DNA of 64,000 nucleotides from Eledone cirrhosa. Taxonomy: Eukaryota. Positions 50,344 to 64,000 of this stretch are shown here, piece after piece. The stretch covers positions 39,928,001 through 39,992,000 of the forward strand of contig OZ024758.1 in NCBI GenBank assembly GCA_964016885.1, in the 5' to 3' direction. How positions within the stretch are numbered: position 1 is the stretch's first letter; the number at the start of each line of letters is the position of its first letter. The notes under the pieces were generated by a model, which had not been told where the DNA came from, did no database searches, and saw only the letters and a program-made list of their open reading frames with translations. Both the position numbers and the translations under genes were made by a program.

Positions 50344-50545
50344 CATACACATACATACACATACACATACATACACATACATACATGTACACACACATAG
50401 ATATATATACACACATACATACATACACACATACATATATAGTCATACACACAGATACACCTACACGAACATACACATACACATATATAAAGATATATAT
50501 ACACACACACACACACATACACACACACACATATATATAAAATAA

Positions 50546-50594
<49 letters not shown>

Positions 50595-51183
50595 TACATA
50601 TATATACATACACACATACATAGACATATATGTACATACATACACATACACAGATACATACACACACATACATACATATATATATACACACGTAGACATA
50701 TACATACAAACACACACAACTTACATACACACATATATATTCATACATAGACTTAGATATATATTCATACATACACTCGCACTTACATATACTCATATAT
50801 ATAAATACATACGCATTCATATATGCGTATATACATAGAAACACCAATACACACTCACCCAACTCAGACATACAAAGAAAAAGGCATATACATATATATA
50901 TATATATACACGCATTAATAGAGATATATATACACATATACATATATATATATATATATATACACATACACTTATATATATATACCCACACACACATACA
51001 ACCATAAATACACATACAAACACCCACATATACATATATATACACATATATATATATACACACACACATAAAAAACAGACATGCACATATATATTTTTTT
51101 ACACATATATATACACATATATATACATATACACAGCCTCACATATACACGCATACACATAAGTTATATTATAATAATAAATA

Positions 51184-51236
<53 letters not shown>

Positions 51237-51491
51237 CGAATATAGACACATATACACACATAGATATATATATATACGTATATATATATACATACATATA
51301 CACACACACATATACACACTCACATATATATGTGTGTGCAAACACACATATATACACATACACACATATACACATAAACACATATATGTGTATACATGCA
51401 CACACACACATATATCCACATAGATACGAAGATAGACATATAAATAGAGAGACATACATATATATACACACATACATATACATACATACAT

Positions 51492-51554
<63 letters not shown>

Positions 51555-52091
51555 CACACATACACATACACATATATATACACATGCATATATACACATA
51601 TACACATACATACACACATATATATACACACACAATCTTACATTCTTATTTGCATGCGCATATATGTATTTTTATATTCAGATATAAATACCCAAACTTA
51701 TATACACCTACCTACATATATATTCATACATACACACTTACAAACACAGATGATAATAGTATGGGGAAAAGGGGGGGGGGTTGGAGAAGGGGATTATAGT
51801 AAATATATGTTTCAAGAAACATAGAATATTATCCGTATCTGGATCCAATGTATGTTTTTACATATTTTCAGTGTTAGGAAATACAATAAACAAGAAATAA
51901 GGCAAAATCTATGCATTTCAAAATAAATAAGTATACCATTAATTATATGTTAACTAAACTAAAGATAGTTAACATATTGATTTCTAAGGTGTAAATTAGT
52001 TAGGTTTATAATATTTGAAGCAGAATTTTGAAGTTAAAAAGTAGCAGAGTATTGATTATAGTATAATTGATTATAGTATAACTAAATAGAC

Positions 52092-52691
52092 AAATACCAT
52101 CAAATCTTAAATAGGTCTACAGTTAAATTCTCATACTCTACAACAAATAACATAAAACAAAATATAAGTGCCTATAATGCATATAAATGTAAGAAAACCA
52201 TAAGTATACCACCAGTACATCAAACTAACCATAATATCTCCTCAAATACAGAATTAACGAAAGGTTGTAACTGTAGAAACAAAGCAAACTGCCCATTAAA
52301 AGGGAATTGTCTTGTTAACAACATAGTCTATAAATGTAATGTTAAAACTAAAGATTCTATTTGCTCATATATAGGAGCTACCTCTAACAATTTTAAGACA
52401 AGGTTTAATACCCACAAGCATAGTTTTAAAAATGCCGCACTGGCTAATACAACATCTCTAGCAGAAAAAATCAATAGTTATAAAAATAAGAATATAGAAT
52501 ATGATTTGACCTGGAGTGTGCTCAAAAGAGCCACCCCTTATCAAAATAATAGAAATGAATGTAGATTATGTTCCCAAGAACTATTTGAAATAATGAAATC
52601 TAGGGATATCCTATTAAATAAACGACAGGAATTAATTATATCGTGTAATCATAAACTAAAAAAAACATTTAAATATTATAAACCTAATTAA
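52092..52691 (+). pseudogene. 5'-truncated inverted copy of the PLE ORF (knuckle and GIY-YIG only)
   Basis: KYHQILNRSTVKFSYST...KKTFKYYKPN* matches the C-terminus of 46128-48569. Confidence 0.9.
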
Positions 52692-54001
52692 TAACATTAT
52701 TTTAGAAATTAATTTAATTTAAATGTTAGTTAACCTATAAATTTAATTTAATTAAAATTCTATTACAGATGAGAATATAAAATATTATGTAATCTTAAAT
52801 TGTGAAAAACCTTTAAATATTACTAATATATACTTAGTAATTTAATTTATAGATTAATTTTAATTTATTTAAACCTTTATTATAATTCTTTTACAGATAA
52901 AATATAACAAAATATCGTGTATCCAATGACAGAGAAATAATTTTTAGTATTATAGACCTAATTAATATACATTTTAGAAATATATTTATAATTTGGTTTT
53001 AATTTTAGTCAACCTAAAAATTTAATTTAATTGGCTTAAAATTAGTATCCTTATACAGACGAATTGCAGAATGTCATGTAATCATAGAATGAGATGTGTT
53101 TTGGATATATACCTAGTTAATATATTCTTTGCAATTTTTGAAAAAATATGTATATGTATATGTTGTATGTGTATGTGTATGTGTGTGTATATGTGTATAT
53201 ATGTATGTGTATATATGTATATATATGTATATATATATGTATATGTATATGTATATGTATTAATTTTGATTTCTATTTGCATATAATTATATTCTGCTAT
53301 TGATAAAATACAATATCTGTTTTATTTATTATATACCTAATTAACATATACTATAGAAATAAATATATAATTTTTAATTTAGTTAACCTATAATTTATAT
53401 TCTACTACCGATGTAATACTTATTTGTTTTTTCCCTATTACTAAATTCATTTCGTAATATTGATACCATAACGTTATTAACTTTAATTTAGTTATACTAT
53501 AATCAATACTCTACTACTTTTTAACTTCAAAATTCTGCTTCAAATATTATAAACCTAACTAATTTACACCTTAGAAATCAATATGTTAACTATCTTTAGT
53601 TTAGTTAACATATAATTAATGGTATACTTATTTATTTTGAAATGCATAGATTTTGCCTTATTTCTTGTTTATTGTATTTCCTAACACTGAAAATATGTAA
53701 AAACATACATTGGATCCAGATACGGATAATATTCTATGTTTCTTGAAACATATATTTACTATAATCCCCTTCTCCACCCCCCCCCTTTCCCCCATACTAT
53801 TATCATCTGTGTTTGTAAGTGTGTATGTATGAATATATATGTAGGTAGGTGTATATAAGTTTGGGTATTTATATCTGAATATAAAAATACATATATGCGC
53901 ATGCAAATAAGAATGTAAGATTGTGTGTGTATATATATGTGTGTATGTATGTGTATATGTGTATATATGCATGTGTATATATATGTGTATGTGTATGTGT
54001 G

Positions 54002-54056
<55 letters not shown>

Positions 54057-54311
54057 ATGTATGTATGTATATGTATGTGTGTATATATATGTATGTCTCT
54101 CTATTTATATGTCTATCTTCGTATCTATGTGGATATATGTGTGTGTGTGCATGTATACACATATATGTGTTTATGTGTATATGTGTGTATGTGTATATAT
54201 GTGTGTTTGCACACACATATATATGTGAGTGTGTATATGTGTGTGTGTATATGTATGTATATATATATACGTATATATATATATCTATGTGTGTATATGT
54301 GTCTATATTCG

Positions 54312-54388
<77 letters not shown>

Positions 54389-54979
54389 TATTTATTATTA
54401 TAATATAACTTATGTGTATGCGTGTATATGTGAGGCTGTGTATATGTATATATATGTGTATATATATGTGTAAAAAAATATATATGTGCATGTCTGTTTT
54501 TTATGTGTGTGTGTATATATATATATGTGTATATATATGTATATGTGGGTGTTTGTATGTGTATTTATGGTTGTATGTGTGTGTGGGTATATATATATAA
54601 GTGTATGTGTATATATATATATATATATATGTATATGTGTATATATATCTCTATTAATGCGTGTATATATATATATATATATGTATATGCCTTTTTCTTT
54701 GTATGTCTGAGTTGGGTGAGTGTGTATTGGTGTTTCTATGTATATACGCATATATGAATGCGTATGTATTTATATATATGAGTATATGTAAGTGCGAGTG
54801 TATGTATGAATATATATCTAATTCTATGTATGAATATATATGTGTGTATGTAAGTTGTGTGTGTTTGTATGTATATGTCTACGTGTGTATATATATATGT
54901 ATGTATGTGTGTGTATGTATCTGTGTATGTGTATGTATGTACATATATGTCTATGTATGTGTGTATGTATATATATGTA

Positions 54980-55014
<35 letters not shown>

Positions 55015-55220
55015 TTATTTTATATATATGTGTGTGTGTGTATGTGTGTGTGTGTGTGTGTGTATATATATCTTTATATATGTGTATGTGTATGTTCGTG
55101 TAGGTGTATCTGTGTGTATGACTATATATGTATGTGTGTATGTATGTATGTGTGTATATATATCTATGTGTGTGTACATGTATGTATGTGTATGTATGTG
55201 TATGTGTATGTATGTGTATG

Positions 55221-55289
<69 letters not shown>

Positions 55290-55576
55290 GTATATGTTTC
55301 TCTATTTGTATATGTATTTGTGTATAGGTATATACCTTTTTCTTTGTATGTCTGAGTTGTGTGAGAGTGTAGTGGTGTTTGTACGTATATACCGATATAT
55401 AGATGCGTAAGTATTTGTCTGTATGTATGTATGTATGTCTGTATGTATTTGTGTGTATATATAGGTATGTATGTGTATATCTGTATGTATATAAGTATGT
55501 AAGTGTATGTATATGTGCGTGTATGTGTGTATATATATGTGTGTCTATATAGTATGTGTGATTATATGTGTATGTA

Positions 55577-55647
<71 letters not shown>

Positions 55648-55809
55648 GTGTATTTATATGTATGTGTGTATATGTATGTATGTGTGTATATGTATATGTT
55701 TTTATATATGTGTGTGTATGTATGTTCTAAGTGTGGATGTGTGTATATGTATGTATGTGTTTGTATATGTGTATATATATATATATGTATGTGTGTATAT
55801 GTGTGTATG

Positions 55810-55867
<58 letters not shown>

Positions 55868-56500
55868 CTTGATATATTTCTTTTTTCTTTTTTCTTTTTC
55901 TTTTCTTTCCTTTTATTGTTTATTTATTATTTATTATTTTTTATTTTCTTAGTTTATAGATACATCTATATTAAGCAGTCTGCCCAAACCGTTGAATACT
56001 GACCTCTCCCCCCCTCCCACCTAATTTCTGTATCTTGATCTAAATGTGTGTGCCAGTGTTTATGTGAGTGAATTAATATCCATGTGCTTAGGATTTTGTA
56101 TCCACATATATATATGTGAGTGGGGGTGTGTGTGTGTTTGTATGTTCGTAGTTATGTGGATGTTTATGCATATACGCGCGTGTGTGTATGATTGTACGGA
56201 TATGTATGAGTATGTGAATATGTATATACACTTATTTCATATTTGTGTGTCTATACGCATCTTATCTGTGCATTATAAACTTACAGAGACATTAACCTTG
56301 AAATTTTGTACTTGCATCCATCCTTTTGATATGCGTATACAAGTTGTGCATACATTTTTGTAAAATATGTGTAAGGGTAGTTACATGTATATACACACAC
56401 TGAACTGCATTAAACCTTTTGTATTTTCATTGGTCAATTTTGTTCCCAAACGGACCTGAAATTTTGAATTGTTGTTATTATCAATAAATATATTTCATTA

Positions 56501-56665
56501 GAGGGTCGGACGCCATGCTTTCCAGCATAGTTACGTCCCTTTATGATCTGAGTTCAAATCCCGCCGAGGTTGACTTTGCCTTTCATCCTTACGGGGTCGA
56601 TAAAATAAAGTACCAGTAATGCACTGGGTAATTTGCTGGCCTTGTGCCTAAAGTAGAAACAATTA
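56501..56665 (+). mobile_element. 5'-truncated tRNA-SINE (same family as 5669-6174) inserted in the inverted PLE copy
   Basis: Absent from the other two PLE repeats. ATTA is duplicated at 56497-56500 and 56662-56665. B box GAGTTCAAATCC. Confidence 0.9.
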
Positions 56666-56810
56666 TTTCTGAAGACGGCGTATATATGTGTTGGTATGTA
56701 TATTTAATCTTGATAGTTTGTATAATTTTGTATAATTTTGTACATAGATCTGTTGAATATGCATGCCAATTCTAACACATATATATCCTAGAAACGATCG
56801 TTAAATAATG
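56662..56810 (+). ncRNA. Type-I hammerhead ribozyme (PLE copy 3)
   Basis: attattt-CTGAAGA...GAAACGATCGTT-aaataat. Confidence 0.78.
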
Positions 56811-57178
56811 AACTTTTTTTGTTTAATATAAGGAACTGTTTTCATTGTTTATTCATTATTTGTTTAATATTTTATCTTGACTCTGTATACCGTTTATCTT
56901 TCACCGAAAGTGATTTTTCATTATATCTCTTCTTTCCATGATATCCGGAATACATTGAGTTCTTCATACGGATTGGACACTACCGTAAACTCTTGGTAGA
57001 TTTATCTACATATATATATATATATATATATAACAAAATTCGATGCTGAGGTTACAGCATATATATACATATATACATGTATACACACAATATATGTATA
57101 TATATATATATATATATATAAATACATAATATATATATATATATTTATATATACATACAATATATATATAGATATATT

Positions 57179-57241
<63 letters not shown>

Positions 57242-57404
57242 CTTTATATAAAGATGGATAAATAAAACTAAAATAAAATACTACCAATTTCCTAATCTAA
57301 AAACAGTTTTATCTAAATCCTTCATTCCTTCTCGTTGCTAGGCGACCTCGGCTCTGGGTGTTTCGTTGATTTCTCCTTCTGCTCCTTACTTCTCTTTATT
57401 AGAC

Positions 57405-57770
57405 ATTTCTTTTCTTTCTTTCTTTCTTTCTTTCTTTCTCTCTTTCTCTCTTTCTTTCTTTCTTCCTTTTTTTCTTTCTTTCTTTCCTTTTTTAATTATT
57501 TCTTCAATTACTTTGTTCTTCGTTTCTTTCTTTCTTTTATTTCCTTTCTTGCATTCTCTCTTTTTCTACTTTCCTTTTTTCTTTCTTTCTGTATTTTGCC
57601 TTTTGTTCTTTCTTTATTTATTTTTTTTCTTCTTCGTGTCTATCTTTCTATCTTTGGCTTTTATCTCTTTTTTTCTACTTTCTTTCTTTTTTTTTCCTTT
57701 TAATATTTTCTTCTCTCGGTTTTTGTTTTTGTTGTTTATTTTTGTGTGTGCTTGTGTGTGTGTGTTTTTT
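57405..57770. repeat. Degenerate (TTTC)n polypyrimidine tract
   Basis: Direct inspection. Confidence 0.85.
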
Positions 57771-58141
57771 GGTTGTTTTGTATATATATTTTTATTGTTA
57801 TTTTTATTATTATCTTCTTTACTATGTCATCAAAGAATAGTTTCTAAAAAAGTAAAATTACGCAAAAAAACAACAAGAAAACAACAACAAAATAAAATTA
57901 AAAAAAACCTAAGGATAAGAAGAATGAAAATTCTACTCCGACTCAACCTCATTCCATCCAGCCCGCCTACCACCCCTAACCCTAACCCTACCCCCAATGA
58001 ATTACTCAACAATACACAGGAAAACAAATGAACAAACAAAACTATTGAATCGTCCAAAACGGGGGAAAAAAGAAGAAAGAAACGAACCTCTGTAATTTAT
58101 TTACATTATTCTTACCTCTGAAGCCGAGAATCATTCGGTTT

Positions 58142-58420
58142 CCTAAATAGAATTTTAGTCTACGACTTCAGTTATACCATAAACGTGGTTTTGTCTTTGC
58201 GTGTAATTGTTCTCACTGCTCCACATAATGACGTATTATCTTTGTTTTTTCCTTTCATTGCCAGGGAATGTCTCCACGAACCACCTAATAGAATATTAGT
58301 CTACGACTTCATTTATACCGTAAACGTGGCTTTGTCTTTGCGTGTTCTCACCGCTCCAAATAATGACGTATTATCTTCGTTTTTTTTTCGTTCTTTCCTA
58401 GAGGACGTCTCCACGAACCT
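58142..58420. repeat. Diverged tandem dimer, about 140-bp unit
   Basis: aatagaa..ttagtctacgacttca.ttatacc.taaacgtgg.tttgtctttgcgtgt...gtctccacgaacc occurs twice, at 58142 and 58284. Confidence 0.85.
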
Positions 58421-58613
58421 AAGTATCGATCCTCCTCCTCTCCTCCTTCGGTTGCAACGTATTTCGAAATATTTACTTCTGCGTTCACAGATTGATTTTT
58501 TTAGTTTCAGAAGATCCTGTTAAGGGTGAAAGCAGCGATTCTTTGCTTACATTTTAATCTGCTATTTTAATAAATATTTGCTCTACGGTTCTTATATATT
58601 TCATACATATTTT

Positions 58614-58748
<135 letters not shown>

Positions 58749-58834
58749 ATAATAATAATAATAAATGTGAAGACAAAAATCCAAAGAGCGCTCGATAAGG
58801 AAAAATATATATTAAATATATAAGAACACTAGAG

Positions 58835-58884
<50 letters not shown>

Positions 58885-59340
58885 TTGTGTGTGTGTGTAT
58901 TAGGTATTAAATTAACAATGAAAATAAAAACCACAAAGTAAAGTTACTTACTTAACCTATTTATATCATTGGTTTACGATCGTTTCGGAGGGTCGATCAT
59001 ATTGACATATTGTTTGATATTTACCAGTTATATAACTGTATACTATCAGACCCCATATTAGTTTTCACTTCAGTTTATTATAAATTTCCGGTGTATATAT
59101 ATATATATATGGAAAAGTTTGTTCTCATCAGTTGCCATCCAACCGTCGTAGGCATTTCGTCGCATTAAAGGCCATATATCTCAGGTTGGTGCGAGCAACG
59201 GCTAAAAAAAAGTCGTTGGGACACGTAAATAAAGGGGACGCTAGGGTAAACAAACAAAATGGTTTAAGCAGCAGAAAGTGATGAAGAAGGAAACAAGTCC
59301 CAGATTTCTATGAATATAAATTCGGTATATATATATATAT

Positions 59341-59667
59341 AATATATGATCAAAAGATGGTTAAAAGAGTTCCATGTATTTTATTATGCGCATTTCAAAA
59401 ACAAATATCATCATGCAATAACATTTGCGTTTTCGTCAGATAAAATAGGGAAATATTATAAAATAAGGAGACTATTTTATCTGACGAAAATGCAAATGTT
59501 ATTGCATGATGATATTTGTTTTTGAAATGCGCATAATAAAATACATGGAACTCTTTTAACCATATTTTGATCTTATATTATTTATACTCCAGTCCTACAA
59601 ACTGTAGAGTGCTACTTATCCGATATCTGCGTTGCTTTATTGTACTACAATAAACTCACCTCGTACA
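59341..59667. mobile_element. Non-coding hammerhead-bearing element, head-to-head dimer; ribozymes at 59377-59447 (-) and 59473-59543 (+)
   Basis: Same family and architecture as 8769-9167 but with a different inversion junction; (TA)n on both sides. Confidence 0.8.
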
Positions 59668-59776
59668 TTATATATATATATATATAAATAAATATCTTTA
59701 AGTCGTTTGGAAGACTCGACAATGCAAATGGGTAAATCTCCGGGTAACAAGATCCGGTGGTGGAGAGAGATATGTA

Positions 59777-62700
59777 AGCTTAGCTTAGGATAGCTTAGCT
59801 TAGCTTAGCTTAGCTTAGCTTAGGATAGCTTAGCTTAGCTTAGGATAGCTTAGCTTAGCTTTGCTTAGGATAGCTTAGCTTAGCTTAGCTTAGGATAGCT
59901 TAGCTTAGCTTAGCTTAGGATAGCTTAGCTTAGCTTAGCTTAGGATAGCTTAGCTTAGCTTAGCTTAGGATAGCTTAGCTTAGCTTAGGATAGCTTAGCT
60001 TAGCTTAGGATAGCTTAGCTTAGCTTAGCTTAGGATAGCTTAGCTTAGCTTAGCTTAGGATAGCTTAGCTTAGCTTAGCTTAGGATAGCTTAGCTTAGGT
60101 TAGCTTAGGATAGCTTAGCTTAGCTTAGCTTAGGATAGCTTAGCTTAGCTTAGCTTAGGATAGCTTAGCTTAGCTTAGCTTAGGATAGCTTAGCTTAGCT
60201 TAGCTTAGGATAGCTTAGCTTAGCTTAGGATAGCTTAGCTTAGCTTAGCTTAGGATAGCTTAGCTTAGCTTAGCTTAGGATAGCTTAGCTTAGCTTAGCT
60301 TAGGATAGCTTAGCTTAGCTTAGCTTAGGATAGCTTAGCTTAGCTTAGGATAGCTTAGCTTAGCTTAGCTTAGGATTACTTAGCTTAGCTTAGCTTAGCT
60401 TAGGATAGCTTAGCTTAGCTTAGCTTAGCTTAGCTTAGGATTACTTAGCTTAGCTTAGCTTAGCTTAGGATAGCTTAGCTTAGGATAGCTTAGCTTAGCT
60501 TAGGATAGCTTAGCTTAGCTTAGGATAGCTTAGCTTAGCTTAGCTTAGCTTAGCTTAGGATAGCTTAGCTTAGCTTAGGATAGCTTAGCTTAGCTTAGCT
60601 TAGGATAGCTTAGCTTACCTTAGCTTAGCTTAGGACAGCTTAGCTTAGCTTAGCTTAGGATAGCTTAGCTTAGCTTAGCTTAGGATAGCTTAGCTTAGCT
60701 TAGCTTAGGATAGCTTAGCTTAGCTTAGCTTAGGATAGCTTAGCTTAGCTTAGCTTAGGATAGCTTAGGATAGCTTAGCTTAGGATAGCTTAGGATAGCT
60801 TAGCTTAGGATAGCTTAGCTTAGCTTAGCTTAGGATAGCTTAGCTTGGGATAGCTTAGGATAGCTTAGCTTAGGAAAGCTTAGATTAGGATAGCTTAGCT
60901 TAGGATAGCTTAGCTTAGCTTAGCTTAAGATAGCTTAGCTTAGCTTAGGATAGCTTAGCTTAGCTTAGGATAGCTTAGCTTAGGATAGCTTAGCTTAGGA
61001 TAGCTTAGGATAGCTTAGCTTAGGATAGCTTAGGATAGCTTAGCTTAGGATAGCTTAGCTTAGCTTAGCTTAGGATAGCTTAGCTTAGCTTAGGATAGCT
61101 TAGCTTAGCTTAGCTTAGGATAGCTTAGCTTAGGATAGCTTAGGATAGCTTAGCTTAGCTTAGCTTAGGATAGCTTAGCATAGCTTAGGATAGCTTAGCT
61201 TAGCTTAGGATAGCTTAGCTTAGCTTAGGATAGCTTAGCTTAGCTTAGCTTAGGATAGCTTAGCTTAGCTTAGCTTAGGATAGCTTAGCTTAGCTTAGCT
61301 TAGGATAGCTTAGGATAGCTTAGGATAGCTTAGCTTAGCTTAGCTTAGGATAGCTTAGCTTAGCTTAGCTTAGGATAGCTTAGCTTAGCTTAGCTTAGGA
61401 TAGCTTAGCTTAGCTTAGCTTAGGATAGCTTAGCTTAGGATAGCTTAGCTTAGCTTAGTTTAGGATAGCTTAGCTTAGCTTAGGATAGCTTAGCTTAGCT
61501 TAGCTTAGGATAGCTTAGCTTAGCTTAGCTTAGGATAGCTTAGCTTAGCTTAGCTTAGGATAGCTTAGCTTAGCTTAGCTTAGGATAGCTTAGCTTAGCT
61601 TAGCTTAGGATAGCTTAGCTTAGCTTAGCTTAGGATAGCTTAGCTTAGCTTAGCTTAGGATAGCTTAGCTTAGCTTGGCTTAGGATAGCTTAGCTTAGCT
61701 TAGCTTAGGATAGCTTAGCTTAGCTTAGCTTAGGATAGCTTAGCTTAGCTTAGCTTAGGATAGCTTAGCTTAGCTTAGCTTAGGATAGCTTAGCTTAGCT
61801 TAGGATAGCTTAGCTTAGCTTAGCTTAGGATAGCTTAGCTTAGCTTAGGATAGCTTAGCTTAGCTTAGCTTAGGATAGCTTAGCTTAGCTTAGCTTAGGA
61901 TAGCTTAGCTTAGCTTAGCTTAGGATAGCTTAGCTTAGGTTAGCTTAGGATAGCTTAGCTTAGCTTAGCTTAGGATAGCTTAGCTTAGCTTAGCTTAGGA
62001 TAGCTTAGCTTAGCTTAGCTTAGGATAGCTTAGCTTAGCTTAGCTTAGGATAGCTTAGCTTAGCTTAGGATAGCTTAGCTTAGCTTAGCTTAGGATAGCT
62101 TAGCTTAGCTTAGCTTAGGATAGCTTAGCTTAGCTTAGCTTAGGATAGCTTAGCTTAGCTTAGCTTAGGATAGCTTAGCTTAGCTTAGGATAGCTTAGCT
62201 TAGCTTAGCTTAGGATTACTTAGCTTAGCTTAGCTTAGCTTAGGATAGCTTAGCTTAGCTTAGCTTAGGATTACTTAGCTTAGCTTAGCTTAGCTTAGGA
62301 TAGCTTAGCTTAGGATAGCTTAGCTTAGCTTAGGATAGCTTAGCTTAGCTTAGCTTAGGATAGCTTAGCTTAGCTTAGCTTAGCTTAGCTTAGGATAGCT
62401 TAGCTTAGGATAGCTTAGCTTAGCTTAGCTTAGGATAGCTTAGCTTACCTTAGCTTAGCTTAGGACAGCTTAGCTTAGCTTAGCTTAGGATAGCTTAGCT
62501 TAGCTTAGCTTAGGATAGCTTAGCTTAGCTTAGCTTAGGATAGCTTAGCTTAGCTTAGCTTAGGATAGCTTAGCTTAGCTTAGCTTAGGATAGCTTAGGA
62601 TAGCTTAGCTTAGGATAGCTTAGCTTAGCTTAGCTTAGGATAGCTTAGCTTGGGATAGCTTAGGATAGCTTAGCTTAGGAAAGCTTAGCTTAGGATAGCT

Positions 62701-64000
62701 TAGCTTAGGATAGCTTAGGATAGCTTAGCTTAGCTTAGCTTAAGATAGCTTAGCTTAGCTTAGGATAGCTTAGCTTAGCTTAGGATAGCTTAGCTTAGGA
62801 TAGCTTAGCTTAGGATAGCTTAGGATAGCTTAGCTTAGGATAGCTTAGGATAGCTTAGCTTAGGATAGCTTAGCTTAGCTTAGGATAGCTTAGCTTAGCT
62901 TAGCTTAGGATAGCTTAGCTTAGCTTAGGATAGCTTAGCTTAGCTTAGCTTAGGATAGCTTAGCTTAGGATAGCTTAGGATAGCTTAGCTTAGCTTAGCT
63001 TAGGATAGCTTAGCATAGCTTAGGATAGCTTAGCTTAGCTTAGGATAGCTTAGCTTAGCTTAGGATAGCTTAGCTTAGCTTAGCTTAGGATAGCTTAGCT
63101 TAGCTTAGCTTAGGATAGCTTAGCTTAGCTTAGGATAGCTTAGGATAGCTTAGGATAGCTTAGCTTAGCTTAGCTTAGCTTAGGATAGCTTAGCTTAGCT
63201 TAGTTTAGGATAGCTTAGCTTAGCTTAGGATAGCTTAGCTTAGCTTAGCTTAGGATAGCTTAGCTTAGCTTAGCTTAGGATAGCTTAGCTTAGCTTAGCT
63301 TAGGATAGCTTAGCTTAGCTTAGCTTAGGATAGCTTAGCTTAGCTTAGCTTAGGATAGCTTAGCTTAGCTTAGCTTAGGATAGCTTAGCTTAGCTTGGCT
63401 TAGGATAGCTTAGCTTAGCTTAGCTTAGGATAGCTTAGCTTAGCTTAGCTTAGGATAGCTTAGCTTAGCTTAGCTTAGGATAGCTTAGCTTAGCTTAGGA
63501 TAGCTTAGCTTAATTTAGGATAGCTTAGCTTAGCGTGGCTTAGGATAGCTTAGCTTAGCTTAGCTTAGGATAGCTTAGCTTAGGATAGCTTAGGATAGCT
63601 TAGCTTAGCATAGCTTAGGATAGCTTAGCTTAGGATAGCTTAGGATAGCTTAGCTTAGGATAGCTTAGGATAGCTTAGCTTAGGATAGCTTAGGATAGCT
63701 TAGCTTAGGATAGCTTAGCTTAGGAAAGCTTAGCTTAGCTTAGCTTAGCTTAGGATAGCTTAGGATAGCTTAGCTTAGGATAGCTTAGGATAGCTTAGTT
63801 TAGGATAGCTTAGCTTAGGATAGCTTAGCTTAGGATAGCTTAGGATAGCTTAGCTTAGGATAGCTTAGCTTAGGATAGCTTAGGATAGCTTAGCTTAGCT
63901 TAGCTTAGGATAGCTTAGCTTAGCTTAGCTTAGCTTAGGATAGCTTAGCTTAGCTTAGCTTAGGATAGCTTAGGATAGCTTAGCTTAGGATAGCTTAGGA
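59777..64000 (+). repeat. Telomere-like pentamer array [(TTAGC)n-TTAGG-ATAGC]n, continuing past the window edge
   Basis: Strict 5-bp register. TTAGG is essentially always followed by ATAGC. Rare variants recur about 1.8 kb apart. Confidence 0.9.

Larger units (their letters stand above)
42099..57010. mobile_element. Penelope-like element complex: full unit (-), direct partial repeat 48861-52088 (-), inverted partial copy 52090-57010 (+)
   Basis: 42099-45330 recurs at 48861-52088 (period about 6.76 kb). 52090-57010 is the reverse complement of about 46730 down to 42099 plus 48860 down to 48724. Both outer ends are in (TA)n. Confidence 0.93.

Noticed and set aside
57974-57990. (CCCTAA)x3 canonical telomere motif
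   Set aside because: Too short to distinguish from chance or a tiny interstitial relic
58965-59075. Hammerhead 3' half GAAACGATCGTA on the minus strand with a ggggtc/gaccct stem
   Set aside because: The CUGANGA box and the 5' strand of stem I are missing

Overview
A eukaryotic, repeat-saturated window with no recognisable host gene. The SINE types and microsatellite load resemble an octopus or other coleoid cephalopod, which is an inference. Contents: (i) six pieces of one Tx1/L1-clade LINE group. One is near-intact on the minus strand (9.5-15.3 kb), three form a head-to-tail array (17.5-30.0 kb) and two are fragments (3.5-4.7 kb). Almost all junctions sit in (TCTA)n. (ii) A decayed CR1/L2-group LINE joined to a tandem tRNA-SINE array. 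(iii) An intact Penelope-like element (RT + GIY-YIG, Naiad-type) with direct and inverted partial copies (42.1-57.0 kb). (iv) Ten type-I hammerhead ribozyme motifs from four sequence families. (v) Several mini- and microsatellites, including a 73-bp hairpin array and a 6.7-kb (ACC)-derived satellite. (vi) A >4.2-kb telomere-like TTAGC/TTAGG/ATAGC array running off the right edge. The most novel candidates are the apparent (TCTA)n target specificity of the Tx1 group, the exact bracketing of its ORF2 by splice-donor and splice-acceptor consensus at the two stop codons, the ribozyme-delimited 6.76-kb Penelope unit with small non-coding hammerhead elements of the same architecture, and the composite terminal pentamer array. 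Nearly all short ORFs in the supplied track are microsatellite or antisense artefacts.
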